The notes beneath the pieces were generated by a model. That model did not search any database. It was not told the origin of the DNA and saw nothing but the letters and a program-made list of their open reading frames with translations. A program made the position numbers and the translations under genes. A DNA stretch of 64,000 nt, from the IMG/VR virus record IMGVR_UViG_3300050821_006049. One strand, 5' to 3'. Shown in pieces: positions 25,321 through 32,839 of the stretch. Position 1 is the stretch's first letter, and every line of letters begins with the position of its first letter. Source of the DNA: a virus.

Positions 25321-25767
25321 CTAGAAGTTGCAGTGGCCGCTCAGGAACACAGCGGTCCCAGCGGGAATTACGTCTGCAAGATTGAAGTCGATATAGACCA
25401 GACGCTGCCCGTTGACCACTGCCGAGCCGCCGCCCTGAAACTCGGGGCCGATCGCAGGAGACCCGGCGCCTGGCCAGCCGACGCTACCCACCTGCGGCGC
25501 GAAATCACAGTGCTCCGAGAAAGCTGGGCCGAACCCCGGTAGGAAGAACGCCACCGAGGGGCGAAGAGTCTTGCCATCGCCCCAGAGCCGTAGCGTGTAG
25601 ACCCCGGCTCCCGTTGACGGAGCGGGCGACATATCGACCTGCCGCCAGCCAGGACAATCGCCGACACCGGACCCGCCGGGAGGGGCATTGCCGGGACATC
25701 CGGCGTGGGCCGCGCCAGAAGCCGCGAGCACCAAGGCGAGCGCGGTAGAGGTGAGCGCGTGCTTCAT
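25321..25767 (-). CDS. Secreted Cys-containing protein (148 aa)
   Basis: MKHALTSTALALVLAASGAAHA|GCPGN… is a signal peptide. Four Cys in the mature part. No family recognised. Confidence 0.55.
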   Translation of the reverse strand: MKHALTSTALALVLAASGAAHAGCPGNAPPGGSGVGDCPGWRQVDMSPAPSTGAGVYTLRLWGDGKTLRPSVAFFLPGFGPAFSEHCDFAPQVGSVGWPGAGSPAIGPEFQGGGSAVVNGQRLVYIDFNLADVIPAGTAVFLSGHCNF

Positions 25768-26153
25768 GTTGGTTCCTTTCCGAGGGACCGAATACCGTCA
25801 GCAATGTCTTTGGCCAAATCGGTGGCCAGCTTTTCGGGTGTGACGAATTTTATCTCAATCTCAATGCCATCTAACAGAGCCGCGCCCCCGTCGGCGATCT
25901 TAGCGCATTCCTCGATCGCCTCGCGCCGAGCCGCGGCCAGTAATGCGAGGGGGCTGATTTCGCGACCAGTTCGCCAATATGGCCCCGCAAGCGCGATCCA
26001 TTTCTCGCGCTCCGCGAGCCGGCCTTCCTCGCGCGCGTCGGCGAATTGATTAGCCAAGTCCATGATCACCAACGCCGACGCCACCGTGCAAGATGCTTTA
26101 AGCCAAGCTACGGCCATCTCGCGGTCTCGATCGGTTACGACAAGTGTGCCCAT
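25764..26153 (-). CDS. Hypothetical protein (129 aa)
   Basis: ORF with an ATGA overlap downstream. '…AARREAIEECAKIADGGAALL…' helical protein. Confidence 0.5.
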   Translation of the reverse strand: MGTLVVTDRDREMAVAWLKASCTVASALVIMDLANQFADAREEGRLAEREKWIALAGPYWRTGREISPLALLAAARREAIEECAKIADGGAALLDGIEIEIKFVTPEKLATDLAKDIADGIRSLGKEPT

Positions 26154-26680
26154 CTCTCGCCCTTCATAATCTTGAGAACGTGACCACGGGTAACGCCGAG
26201 CGATGCGGCCAGTGATTCAGCCTGACTTAGGGGTGATGACCGTATTTTCCGCACGTCATCGTCAGTGAGCGTGCTTTGTGAATTGGCAGATCCTTTGTGA
26301 TTTCCAAATAATCCTTTGTTGATGCAATCGGCAATATTATCGCGGTTCGTCCCTACGAATAGGTGATCTGGGTTTATGCACAACTTGTTATCGCATTTGT
26401 GACACACGAACATTCCTGCGGGGATGTCGCCCTTGAATTCCAAGTACGACGCCCGGTGAGTAGATTCCGAATGTCTTGTGCCATCTGACGCTGAACCGAT
26501 GGTTATAGACCCATATCCGTTCTTTGTGGCCCCCGTCCAATTCCAGCAGCCGACATTATCTATGTCGATATGCCGAAGTAGGCGATTTTTTACTGGTGCC
26601 GCCTTAGGGCCGCCGACCCACCAATGCTCAGCCATGGCCGTCATCGCCTCCAATGGTAGCTGCTGGATCAAGGCAAACAA
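26135..26680 (-). CDS. HNH_3-type homing endonuclease with C-terminal HTH-like tail
   Basis: 'CWNWTGATKNGYGSI…THRASYLEFKGDIPAGMFVCHKCDNKLCINPDHLFVGTNRDN' is the classic HNH_3 signature. Visibly AT-richer than its flanks. The start could be ATG 26644 or 26635. Confidence 0.85.
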   Translation of the reverse strand: MFALIQQLPLEAMTAMAEHWWVGGPKAAPVKNRLLRHIDIDNVGCWNWTGATKNGYGSITIGSASDGTRHSESTHRASYLEFKGDIPAGMFVCHKCDNKLCINPDHLFVGTNRDNIADCINKGLFGNHKGSANSQSTLTDDDVRKIRSSPLSQAESLAASLGVTRGHVLKIMKGERWAHLS

Positions 26681-26858
26681 CTGCCCGCTGGAATGAAGGC
26701 CTGGAGCGGTTCAGCATGCTCGCCCGCGACATCGCGTCGAATTTACCCTGAGCTTCGGCAGCCGATCTGGCGCGCACAATTGTCATGCCAGAAAGGGTCC
26801 ATGCCACGGCGTAATCGCCGTATAGCGTCTGGACCTTTGGCGCGGCCGGCTCAGCCAC
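26628..26858 (-). CDS. Hypothetical protein (76 aa), 3' end possibly disrupted by the HNH insertion
   Basis: GTG start in a GTGGCTGA overlap. The N-terminal 45 aa look ordinary (…VQTLYGDYAVAWTLSGMTIVRARSAAEAQGKFDAM…) and the tail overlaps the HNH 5' end. Confidence 0.3.
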   Translation of the reverse strand: MAEPAAPKVQTLYGDYAVAWTLSGMTIVRARSAAEAQGKFDAMSRASMLNRSRPSFQRAVVCLDPAATIGGDDGHG

Positions 26859-26915
26859 GACTGTCCCTCACATGCGCCACAATCGCCAGGCCAAGACCTA
26901 TAAGCACCGGGATAA

Positions 26916-27155
26916 TCAGCTCGAGCACGGCTTCCACCCCGCATTCCGCTCCGGCTCGGGACATGCCGGGCACAAGTGACGATTGCCGCCGCAGTCTTTC
27001 CACCCAAGATCGACCGCCCAACCCGGTAGCGCTCGACTAACCGTGCGTCTCTCAAGGTCCAGATCCTGACCGCAGCCATCGCATCGGACAAACTGCGCAC
27101 GCGGGCCGCAATAAAATTCCAGCCCATCTACGATGGCGCGGACGGACTCAGCCAC
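26916..27155 (-). CDS. Small zinc-ribbon protein (about 79 aa)
   Basis: GTG 27153-27155 in a GTGGCTGA overlap with the upstream stop. 'FVRCDGCGQDL…NRHLCPACPEPE' has two CxxC pairs. Confidence 0.35.
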   Translation of the reverse strand: MAESVRAIVDGLEFYCGPRAQFVRCDGCGQDLDLERRTVSRALPGWAVDLGWKDCGGNRHLCPACPEPERNAGWKPCSS

Positions 27156-27657
27156 GGCGCATTCCAGCGTCACCGGCGCGCTCCGGCTCGTCCTCGGACG
27201 CCGATCGGTAGCCAGGAGGGCGGTCAATCTCATCCATTGCAAGAATAATGTCGTGAAGCCCAGGTCTCGCCATACTTCGAATATCTGCTTCGGTCCATCC
27301 GTCATCTTCGAGACCGCCGCGCCACTTACGACAGGCATTGATCAACCGTTTAACAGATTCTGAAATGGCATCCCGAGCCTGGACCGACGGGCTCCGGTCG
27401 CTCGGCTCTGAGACAGAGAGGGGCACAAGCTCCGCACGGCGGGCGCGCTCCATCGCAGACCAAATGGCACCAACAAGCTCCTCCGAGCCGGCTTGGCCTT
27501 GAAGGCGGTCAGCTATATGGACGCGCCCCCACAATTCTAAACGACCAGCCTCGATCATCGCCGGCGTCACCGCGATCTCCTCCACCGGAACCTCGGCGCC
27601 GGAAACCAAGTCCACCAACTGGCCGGCCAATCGCATGTTTGGCACATCACTAGTCAT
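27148..27657 (-). CDS. Hypothetical protein (169 aa) with 'VTPAMIEAGRLELW' motif
   Basis: Start at ATG 27655-27657 (MTSDVPNMRLAGQLV…), with an ATGA overlap to the upstream stop. Confidence 0.45.
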   Translation of the reverse strand: MTSDVPNMRLAGQLVDLVSGAEVPVEEIAVTPAMIEAGRLELWGRVHIADRLQGQAGSEELVGAIWSAMERARRAELVPLSVSEPSDRSPSVQARDAISESVKRLINACRKWRGGLEDDGWTEADIRSMARPGLHDIILAMDEIDRPPGYRSASEDEPERAGDAGMRRG

Positions 27658-27848
27658 CGCTTCTGCCCCGGCGGGGAGGCAGTTAATAACTCCGCCCGAT
27701 GCTCGTCCTCGATGCGAGGCCGCCATACGACAAGAGCCGCATCTATGCGCGCGATGTGCTCATCCACCAAATCGGCCAACGCACACGTCCGATCACTCTG
27801 CTGGCAGACCAGCAACATCCGGATGCTCTCAAGAACCAGGGTATTCAT
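27654..27848 (-). CDS. Hypothetical protein (64 aa), partial paralogue of 27845-28144
   Basis: C-terminus '…RIEDEHRAELLTASPPGQKR' parallels '…YEDEHRAELVAA…APAGQKR' of the upstream gene. The DNA repeats are listed in the findings. Confidence 0.4.
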   Translation of the reverse strand: MNTLVLESIRMLLVCQQSDRTCALADLVDEHIARIDAALVVWRPRIEDEHRAELLTASPPGQKR

Positions 27849-28144
27849 CGCTTCTGCCCCGCCGGGGCGACGGTGAATGTATGGGCATGGCCTCCGGCTC
27901 CGCGCTCGTCAGCCAGCGCCTTCTCCGCCGCCAGCCGGTCCCGCTCAGCCGCAACCAACTCCGCCCGATGCTCGTCCTCGTAAGCCTTGAGCGACGCCGT
28001 GAATTGCGCAAAGGCCGCGTTCACCGCAGCCTCAGCCTTCGTCATCGCGGGGTTAGGCGCAGGGGCCGGAGGCTGCTGGGCAACAGCCGTACCCCACGCC
28101 AACCCAACCAGCGCCGAAACGAATAGCAGGCCAGGGAGCCTCAT
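27845..28144 (-). CDS. Secreted coiled-coil protein (99 aa)
   Basis: MRLPGLLFVSALVGLAWGTAVA|QQPPAPAP… is a signal peptide followed by a helical region. Confidence 0.5.
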   Translation of the reverse strand: MRLPGLLFVSALVGLAWGTAVAQQPPAPAPNPAMTKAEAAVNAAFAQFTASLKAYEDEHRAELVAAERDRLAAEKALADERGAGGHAHTFTVAPAGQKR

Positions 28145-28458
28145 CCTTCCACCTCATGCTCGAAATTGCACACACGATCGAACCGCTTCAGCGCGTCGCG
28201 GATAATCACCTCAATCCGCTCTCCAGGCCCCAGTCCAGCATAGCTGCGATGCGCCAGATACTCCCGCCACTCGGCCACATCCATCGTCAGCGTGATCGCC
28301 AGCGGCACACCCTCCAAAGCCGTCCGGTCAACCGTGACACGCGCTTGCGGACGGCTTTGCATCGTCGAGGGGGTCACATTCTGCATCCCACCAACCGGCA
28401 GAGCCGGCAACGCCCGCAGCAAACTCTCTACCCCAACCGACGTGAAACTGTCAGGCAT
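28141..28458 (-). CDS. Hypothetical protein (105 aa)
   Basis: Start at ATG 28456-28458 (MPDSFTSVGVESLLRAL…). ATGA overlap downstream. Confidence 0.45.
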   Translation of the reverse strand: MPDSFTSVGVESLLRALPALPVGGMQNVTPSTMQSRPQARVTVDRTALEGVPLAITLTMDVAEWREYLAHRSYAGLGPGERIEVIIRDALKRFDRVCNFEHEVEG

Positions 28459-28609
28459 CGGAAGCCTCCGGCGGCTCTTCGTCGTAGACGAACGCCTCGA
28501 ATTCTCGGGCGCGATCAACAATGCCGCTCGGGTCACCCTGCACAGAAATCGCCAACTCCAAGAGTCTAGCCCTGACCTCAAGTCTAGCCGCTTGCGCCCT
28601 CTCACCCAT
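28451..28609 (-). CDS. Small hypothetical protein (52 aa)
   Basis: My translation is MGERAQAARLEVRARLLELAISVQGDPSGIVDRAREFEAFVYDEEPPEASDA. ATGCCTGA overlap with the next gene. Below the ORF-track cutoff. Confidence 0.3.
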   Translation of the reverse strand: MGERAQAARLEVRARLLELAISVQGDPSGIVDRAREFEAFVYDEEPPEASDA

Positions 28610-28814
28610 CGCCCACCTCAAGAGCCTCAATCTCGCTCAGCGCACGGTCCAGCAATACCCGCAACGCCGCGCTCCGACTCGTCGGAACCTGTAACCCACC
28701 ACGAAACCGATCCAACCTCGCCGTCAGCCCGGGCGGCAACCGCAAGTCCAGCCGGTCCCAATCCTCAGTATGCCGCGACTGTGCCCTCATGTCGGGACGC
28801 ATACCGACAAACAC
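28602..28814 (-). CDS. Ribbon-helix-helix (CopG/Arc-like) regulator, first gene of the long minus-strand operon
   Basis: 'DRLDLRLPPGLTARLDRF…SRSAALRVLLDRAL' has a beta-strand plus two helices, the RHH pattern. The track start is a GTG. ATGs at 28802 and 28790 are alternatives. Confidence 0.55.
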   Translation of the reverse strand: MFVGMRPDMRAQSRHTEDWDRLDLRLPPGLTARLDRFRGGLQVPTSRSAALRVLLDRALSEIEALEVGDG

Positions 28815-29191
28815 CGGAACATGTCAAGAAAATTCTCCTGGGGCAGGAAGGTTGGGGTAGCCTCGATCCCCTCAGCCCCGCGTCCCTTGACGTTCGCGGG
28901 GAGCCTTGAGCGCGATCAGGAAAAGTGGGTGGCAGGGCTGGCGTGGCCCCGCTACATCTTGTGTTTCAACCGCTCAAGCGCCGGCACAACTAATGCGTAA
29001 CCGCCATCACCCAATGATATCAACGGCATACGATGTCGCATAAGGCCCATTATGGAAAATGAGAACATATCAGGCACTCATCTATTAGTTGCTACCTAAG
29101 CGCCGGTTTCTGAGAGGCGGACTACGCTAAGGCTTTGATTCTTTCGCCCTTACCGTCATATTTCTGTCCATGGACTTGGTGGGCTAGCCGT

Positions 29192-29641
29192 ATGGCTAAG
29201 CGCAAGCATCATTCTCAGGCAGATGTGGATGCGTTCCGTCTGATGCTGCAACGCGTATACGGCCCGAACTGGCTAAAGCTGGCGGCGAACCTATACGGGA
29301 TCAGCGCCGAGCAAATGAGGCATTGGGTTTACGGTAAGCGCCCAATGCCCTCTAACGTATGGTGGGTATGGTATTCGCGGAGAGGCGTGATTGCTCAGCA
29401 GCTCGACGATCAGCAGCGGATCATACGGTTACGCGTGGATCGGGAGCATGATGCTCGGTTGCAAGCTTTCTTTGAGGCTCGGCATTTGGTGTATTCGAAG
29501 CTTCCTCCTGAGGATGTCGCTCGGCGGCCTGAGAAGGTCCAGCGGCCGCGAGTGCTGGTGATACAGGAGGATGGCGAGTTTGCGGCGAAGGATGTTCCTG
29601 CGGTTGTGAGTGCGGATCAGCCGTACAAGCTTCGTCGGTAG
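29192..29641 (+). CDS. Putative HTH DNA-binding protein (149 aa)
   Basis: Start at ATG 29192 (MAKRKHHSQADV…). 'LAANLYGISAEQMRHWVYGKRPMP' resembles a Cro/YdaS-type HTH. Divergent from the RHH operon across an AT-richer gap. Confidence 0.5.
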   Translation: MAKRKHHSQADVDAFRLMLQRVYGPNWLKLAANLYGISAEQMRHWVYGKRPMPSNVWWVWYSRRGVIAQQLDDQQRIIRLRVDREHDARLQAFFEARHLVYSKLPPEDVARRPEKVQRPRVLVIQEDGEFAAKDVPAVVSADQPYKLRR

Positions 29642-29802
29642 GTTCGTTCCGGCTTGGTTCCTTCGTTTCCGCGCACGTTTCGGGAACGTGCCGACAAGTT
29701 CCCTACTGCGTTCTGCGGCTAGTTTCCGGTGGCATGCCCGAGATTGCGCGGTGTCAGTCCTCTGATTAAATTGTGCATTGTCAAGCAGAGGAGATAACGC
29801 AT

Positions 29803-30276
29803 ATGGCACGCAAACAGTTCATCGCCACCACGAAACCGGCGTTGATTGACCGCTATCTTGAAATCGTCGAATGGGCTCGGCAGCGCTACACTGGCGCAAA
29901 CGGTCGGCTGGTGATTAGCAAGGGCGGTCATCCGGCGACTTATTCCAGGATCGAAGATGCGGCAGCGCGGCGTTATTTGTTTGGCAGCCGCCAAGCCTGT
30001 CAGCAAGGGAGAACGGAAATGACGATGCACGAATATCCGACCCGTGGTTACAGTCTTGAAACACCATCGTTAGCGGAAACTGCCCTGACCGGCTGGCTAG
30101 CGACTGCACACTTTCAACGTCTCAACCATCGGTATGATGTCCGCTTTTCGCGGCAAGGCGTATTCGTTCTACGGGATGGCGCGTCGGTTGCTTGGCACAA
30201 TGTTCCTTATGTTGCTCAGAAGGTGGCGCACAAGGTAGCGGACTTTCTGAAGTCAGCGTATGGCGTAGCGGCCTGA
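29803..30276 (+). CDS. Hypothetical protein (157 aa)
   Basis: Start at ATG 29803 (MARKQFIATTKPAL…) preceded by GAGGAGA. Followed by an intrinsic terminator. Confidence 0.45.
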   Translation: MARKQFIATTKPALIDRYLEIVEWARQRYTGANGRLVISKGGHPATYSRIEDAAARRYLFGSRQACQQGRTEMTMHEYPTRGYSLETPSLAETALTGWLATAHFQRLNHRYDVRFSRQGVFVLRDGASVAWHNVPYVAQKVAHKVADFLKSAYGVAA

Positions 30277-30313
30277 CGCCACGAATGGTCACGATTGTAT
30301 GTCTCAGGCAACG

Positions 30314-30336
30314 GGGCCGCTTCGGCGGCCTTTTTG
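30314..30336 (+). terminator. Rho-independent terminator
   Basis: GGCCGC-TTCG-GCGGCC stem-loop (30315-30330) followed by TTTTT (30331-35), 38 nt after the stop at 30276. Confidence 0.65.
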
Positions 30337-30691
30337 CTGTGCGCTGGCCTCGATGCCAGGTACATCGTGATCATCTCGGGTTGGCTTGCCATTAGGGGCT
30401 AGCCAGCCTCGCTGGTCGCGAGGGGTTCGCTGTCGCTCATAGAGCCAAGGGGGTTTTGGGAATCATCGCCCGATTTGACGCGCGCGCATGCGAGCCAAGG
30501 GCGGGGCCACGGCGAGGATCGGAACCTCGCACACCGAATCGTCTGTCGATGCCCCTGCCGCGAACTGCGCGGCTTACCGGGCGCACGTCGCGACTATCGG
30601 TCTTATCCAGGCGGGGTCGAGCGGCGTCCCCTACTGCCGGCTGGGTCGGGCTTTGCGGCAATCGAGGCCGCTATGATCTTGTGCCAATTCA

Positions 30692-30952
30692 TCAAGTGAG
30701 CACGTCCGAGTCATGCCAATCAAGAACATTCCCGGATTTCCAGCGATGGCCTTGACCAAAGCACCTTTGAGAACAATAACTTTTCCCCCAGCGTAGCGGC
30801 TTACCGCACGCTCGACACTCTAATTTCTGAGGATTTCCGGTTTGAATGCCGGCTAATCGCTTCAGCAGGTCAGAAGTAGTCCCGATCTTTTTTACGCCAT
30901 CGGCAGTGCCGATAACATAAATAACCGCTTGACGAGCGGGCGGGTGCGCCAT
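30692..30952 (-). CDS. Truncated GIY-YIG/T5orf172-like domain fused to a zinc ribbon (86 aa)
   Basis: 'VIYVIGTADGVKKIGTTSDLLKRLAGIQTGNPQKLE' is the first half of the T5orf172/MUG113 pattern. It is then replaced by 'CRACGKPLRWGKSYCSQRC'. Start taken at ATG 30950-30952. Confidence 0.45.
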   Translation of the reverse strand: MAHPPARQAVIYVIGTADGVKKIGTTSDLLKRLAGIQTGNPQKLECRACGKPLRWGKSYCSQRCFGQGHRWKSGNVLDWHDSDVLT

Positions 30953-31197
30953 TATGAGGGTTGCCTTGCGAACTTGATACACTCGCAACCGCTTAACCGG
31001 AGCAACCCAGCCGGTCAAGCAAAATCCGACCCTCCCCTGCGGATTGGCGCCCGGCTCCGGCCGGGCGTTTCCGCGCTATCCGAATCGCCATATCAGGAAG
31101 CAAAGGGCACCGGCGCCCGAGACAATCGCGCCTGCAATGATGCCTCCGATTGGCCCCGACCGCAGATTCCAGAAATGCCATGGCGGCGGGAAACGGC

Positions 31198-31926
31198 TCA
31201 CAGCAGCTTCTCGAGCTCGGCGATCCTGGCGCGGCGCTTGCGGAACTCATATAAACGCTTATTCAGTTCCAGCCATTGGAATGCGGCGATTCGCTTGTCG
31301 ACTGATAGCAGCTTTTCGACCGAATCGGCGAGATAGCCCGCGTGCTCAATCGCAAAATCCTTCTCGTCGCGGCCTAGATGGTCGGTTGTGATAAGCTTTT
31401 GCAGTTCCTTAATCCTGGCGCGGACCAGAGGATCGCGAATCGCCGACGGCATGCGGGCTAGGATGTCGGCAGGAAGTGGACGTGTGCCGACTTCGATCTG
31501 TGCCACAAAGGGCTGCCCCACGCCGACTAGCTCGGCCAGTTGGGCTTGCGTTAGGCCGGCAGCTTTGCGGGCGCCGCGGATTGCCTCGTTTTCCATGCCG
31601 AGCCTCAAAGAACGCATGCCCCGAAGAATTGCGGCTTCATAAGCCTCTGGCTCCCGTTTGGGCATGCGCCGAGCGCGCGCGTCATCGAGTGTTACGGACA
31701 ACATCGCATCTGAATATTGAAACCATTCTCCCCGGATACGTTCTTGGGAAAAAAAGCGATGTAAGGCAGCCTCGTCCAAACGATCAGCCTCGGGAATTTC
31801 GCGGATCAGGCGCAAATCCATGAAATGCCCGGTTTGAAACTGTTTAATACGGCCGTTGACGTTATTCGCGGCCCAACCGATCTTGACTGGTCCATCTGAG
31901 TCTGCCTGAAGGAAATAGACTGCCAT
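31198..31926 (-). CDS. GIY-YIG/T5orf172-domain + XRE-type HTH fusion protein (repressor candidate)
   Basis: N-terminus 'VYFLQADSDGPVKIGWAANNVNGRIKQFQTGHFMDLRLI…EAALHRFFSQERIRGEWFQ' is a complete T5orf172/MUG113 pattern. The middle 'AGLTQAQLAELVGVGQPFVAQIEVGTRPLP' is an XRE HTH. Helical C-terminus. Confidence 0.8.
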   Translation of the reverse strand: MAVYFLQADSDGPVKIGWAANNVNGRIKQFQTGHFMDLRLIREIPEADRLDEAALHRFFSQERIRGEWFQYSDAMLSVTLDDARARRMPKREPEAYEAAILRGMRSLRLGMENEAIRGARKAAGLTQAQLAELVGVGQPFVAQIEVGTRPLPADILARMPSAIRDPLVRARIKELQKLITTDHLGRDEKDFAIEHAGYLADSVEKLLSVDKRIAAFQWLELNKRLYEFRKRRARIAELEKLL

Positions 31927-31937
31927 TTCGCGGATCT

Positions 31938-32138
31938 TTAGGGTTTCGCGTTTGCGGCGAGTACTGCAGCGGAACGGACATATGCAGTCACGCTGAGACC
32001 CCGGGCTTCAGCCGCCCGGGAGATCTGGTCATAATGCTCAGGCTTCACCCACACGTGAATATCCCGAAGTTTCGGCTTGCACCTGGGCCATTCGTGCCAT
32101 TCGCCGCACACGGGGCAGAGAATTTCCTTGGCTTCCAT
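31938..32138 (-). CDS. Small zinc-ribbon/RHH-like protein (66 aa)
   Basis: Start at ATG 32136-32138 (MEAKEILCPVCGEWHEWPRC…). C-terminal 'ISRAAEARGLSVTAYVRSAAVLAA' resembles RHH/MobC-type tails. Confidence 0.45.
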   Translation of the reverse strand: MEAKEILCPVCGEWHEWPRCKPKLRDIHVWVKPEHYDQISRAAEARGLSVTAYVRSAAVLAANAKP

Positions 32139-32188
32139 GCCTATAGATATATAGGACAAATTTTCCTGCCACAACCCTATTTTTAGGC

Positions 32189-32217
32189 TTGACGCCATGA
32201 GCGGGCGCGCATATATT
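32189..32217 (+). promoter_or_regulatory. Sigma-70-like promoter TTGACG-N17-TATATT
   Basis: TTGACG at 32189-32194, a 17-nt spacer, then TATATT at 32212-32217. It sits 43 nt upstream of ATG 32260, which has a GAGGGAG RBS. Confidence 0.55.
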
Positions 32218-32259
32218 CCGATCTGTCAGCAGAGACAACCCCCAGCGAGGGAGAACGAG

Positions 32260-32511
32260 ATGACGTTCAAAACCATACACGAAGATGCTCGTAAGGCGAT
32301 TTTGGAGGCAAACGGAGCCGCAAGCGACACAGGTATCCCGCAAGTTGTCGGCTATGTGCAAGGGATGGGCTGGACGTATTACGATCCCCGGCATCCCGCG
32401 CCGGTCAAGTGTGTTCCCGAGATGCTTTGCTTCGCGCTCGGTAAAATCCCACTGCCGTTGACCGATGCTGGTTTCGACGTGCTGTTCAGCGCGCTCGCGA
32501 GCGTCGCATGA
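32260..32511 (+). CDS. Hypothetical protein (83 aa)
   Basis: ATG 32260 with a GAGGGAG RBS (MTFKTIHEDARKAILEANG…). Confidence 0.5.
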   Translation: MTFKTIHEDARKAILEANGAASDTGIPQVVGYVQGMGWTYYDPRHPAPVKCVPEMLCFALGKIPLPLTDAGFDVLFSALASVA

Positions 32512-32750
32512 AACCGTCGGCGTGCTCAGGCTGCAAATTCTGGTCCGAGATGATCGCGCAGTCGGTCGGAGGCGGACCCGTCGAGGCTTGGTGTCTCAAC
32601 GATCTGTCGCCGCATCGCAATCGGTACGTTTACCGAGGCTGCGAGCATCGAGTCGAGGGCGTTCCTGTCGACATGCCGGCAAAACACTCCTTCGACGGGC
32701 TCGGCGATATATTCACGCTCGACGAGTACAACCAAGCGAGCCGCGAATAA
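32508..32750 (+). CDS. Cys-rich small protein (80 aa)
   Basis: ATGA overlap. 'CSGCKFWSE…AWCLND…YRGCEH'. Confidence 0.45.
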   Translation: MKPSACSGCKFWSEMIAQSVGGGPVEAWCLNDLSPHRNRYVYRGCEHRVEGVPVDMPAKHSFDGLGDIFTLDEYNQASRE

Positions 32751-32839
32751 TTCTCAACGTCCTGGATAGCGTGCGCACGCGACAAGGGGCTCATCCGCGG
32801 CCCTTTCCTGGACGCCCCAGCGGAGAGGAGCGGAGAACG

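Noticed and set aside
29673-29691. Perfect 7-bp hairpin GCACGTT-TCGGG-AACGTGC after the gene ending at 29641
   Set aside because: No T-tract follows it, so it is not a convincing intrinsic terminator. It may be an RNA stability or regulatory element, but I cannot support a call.
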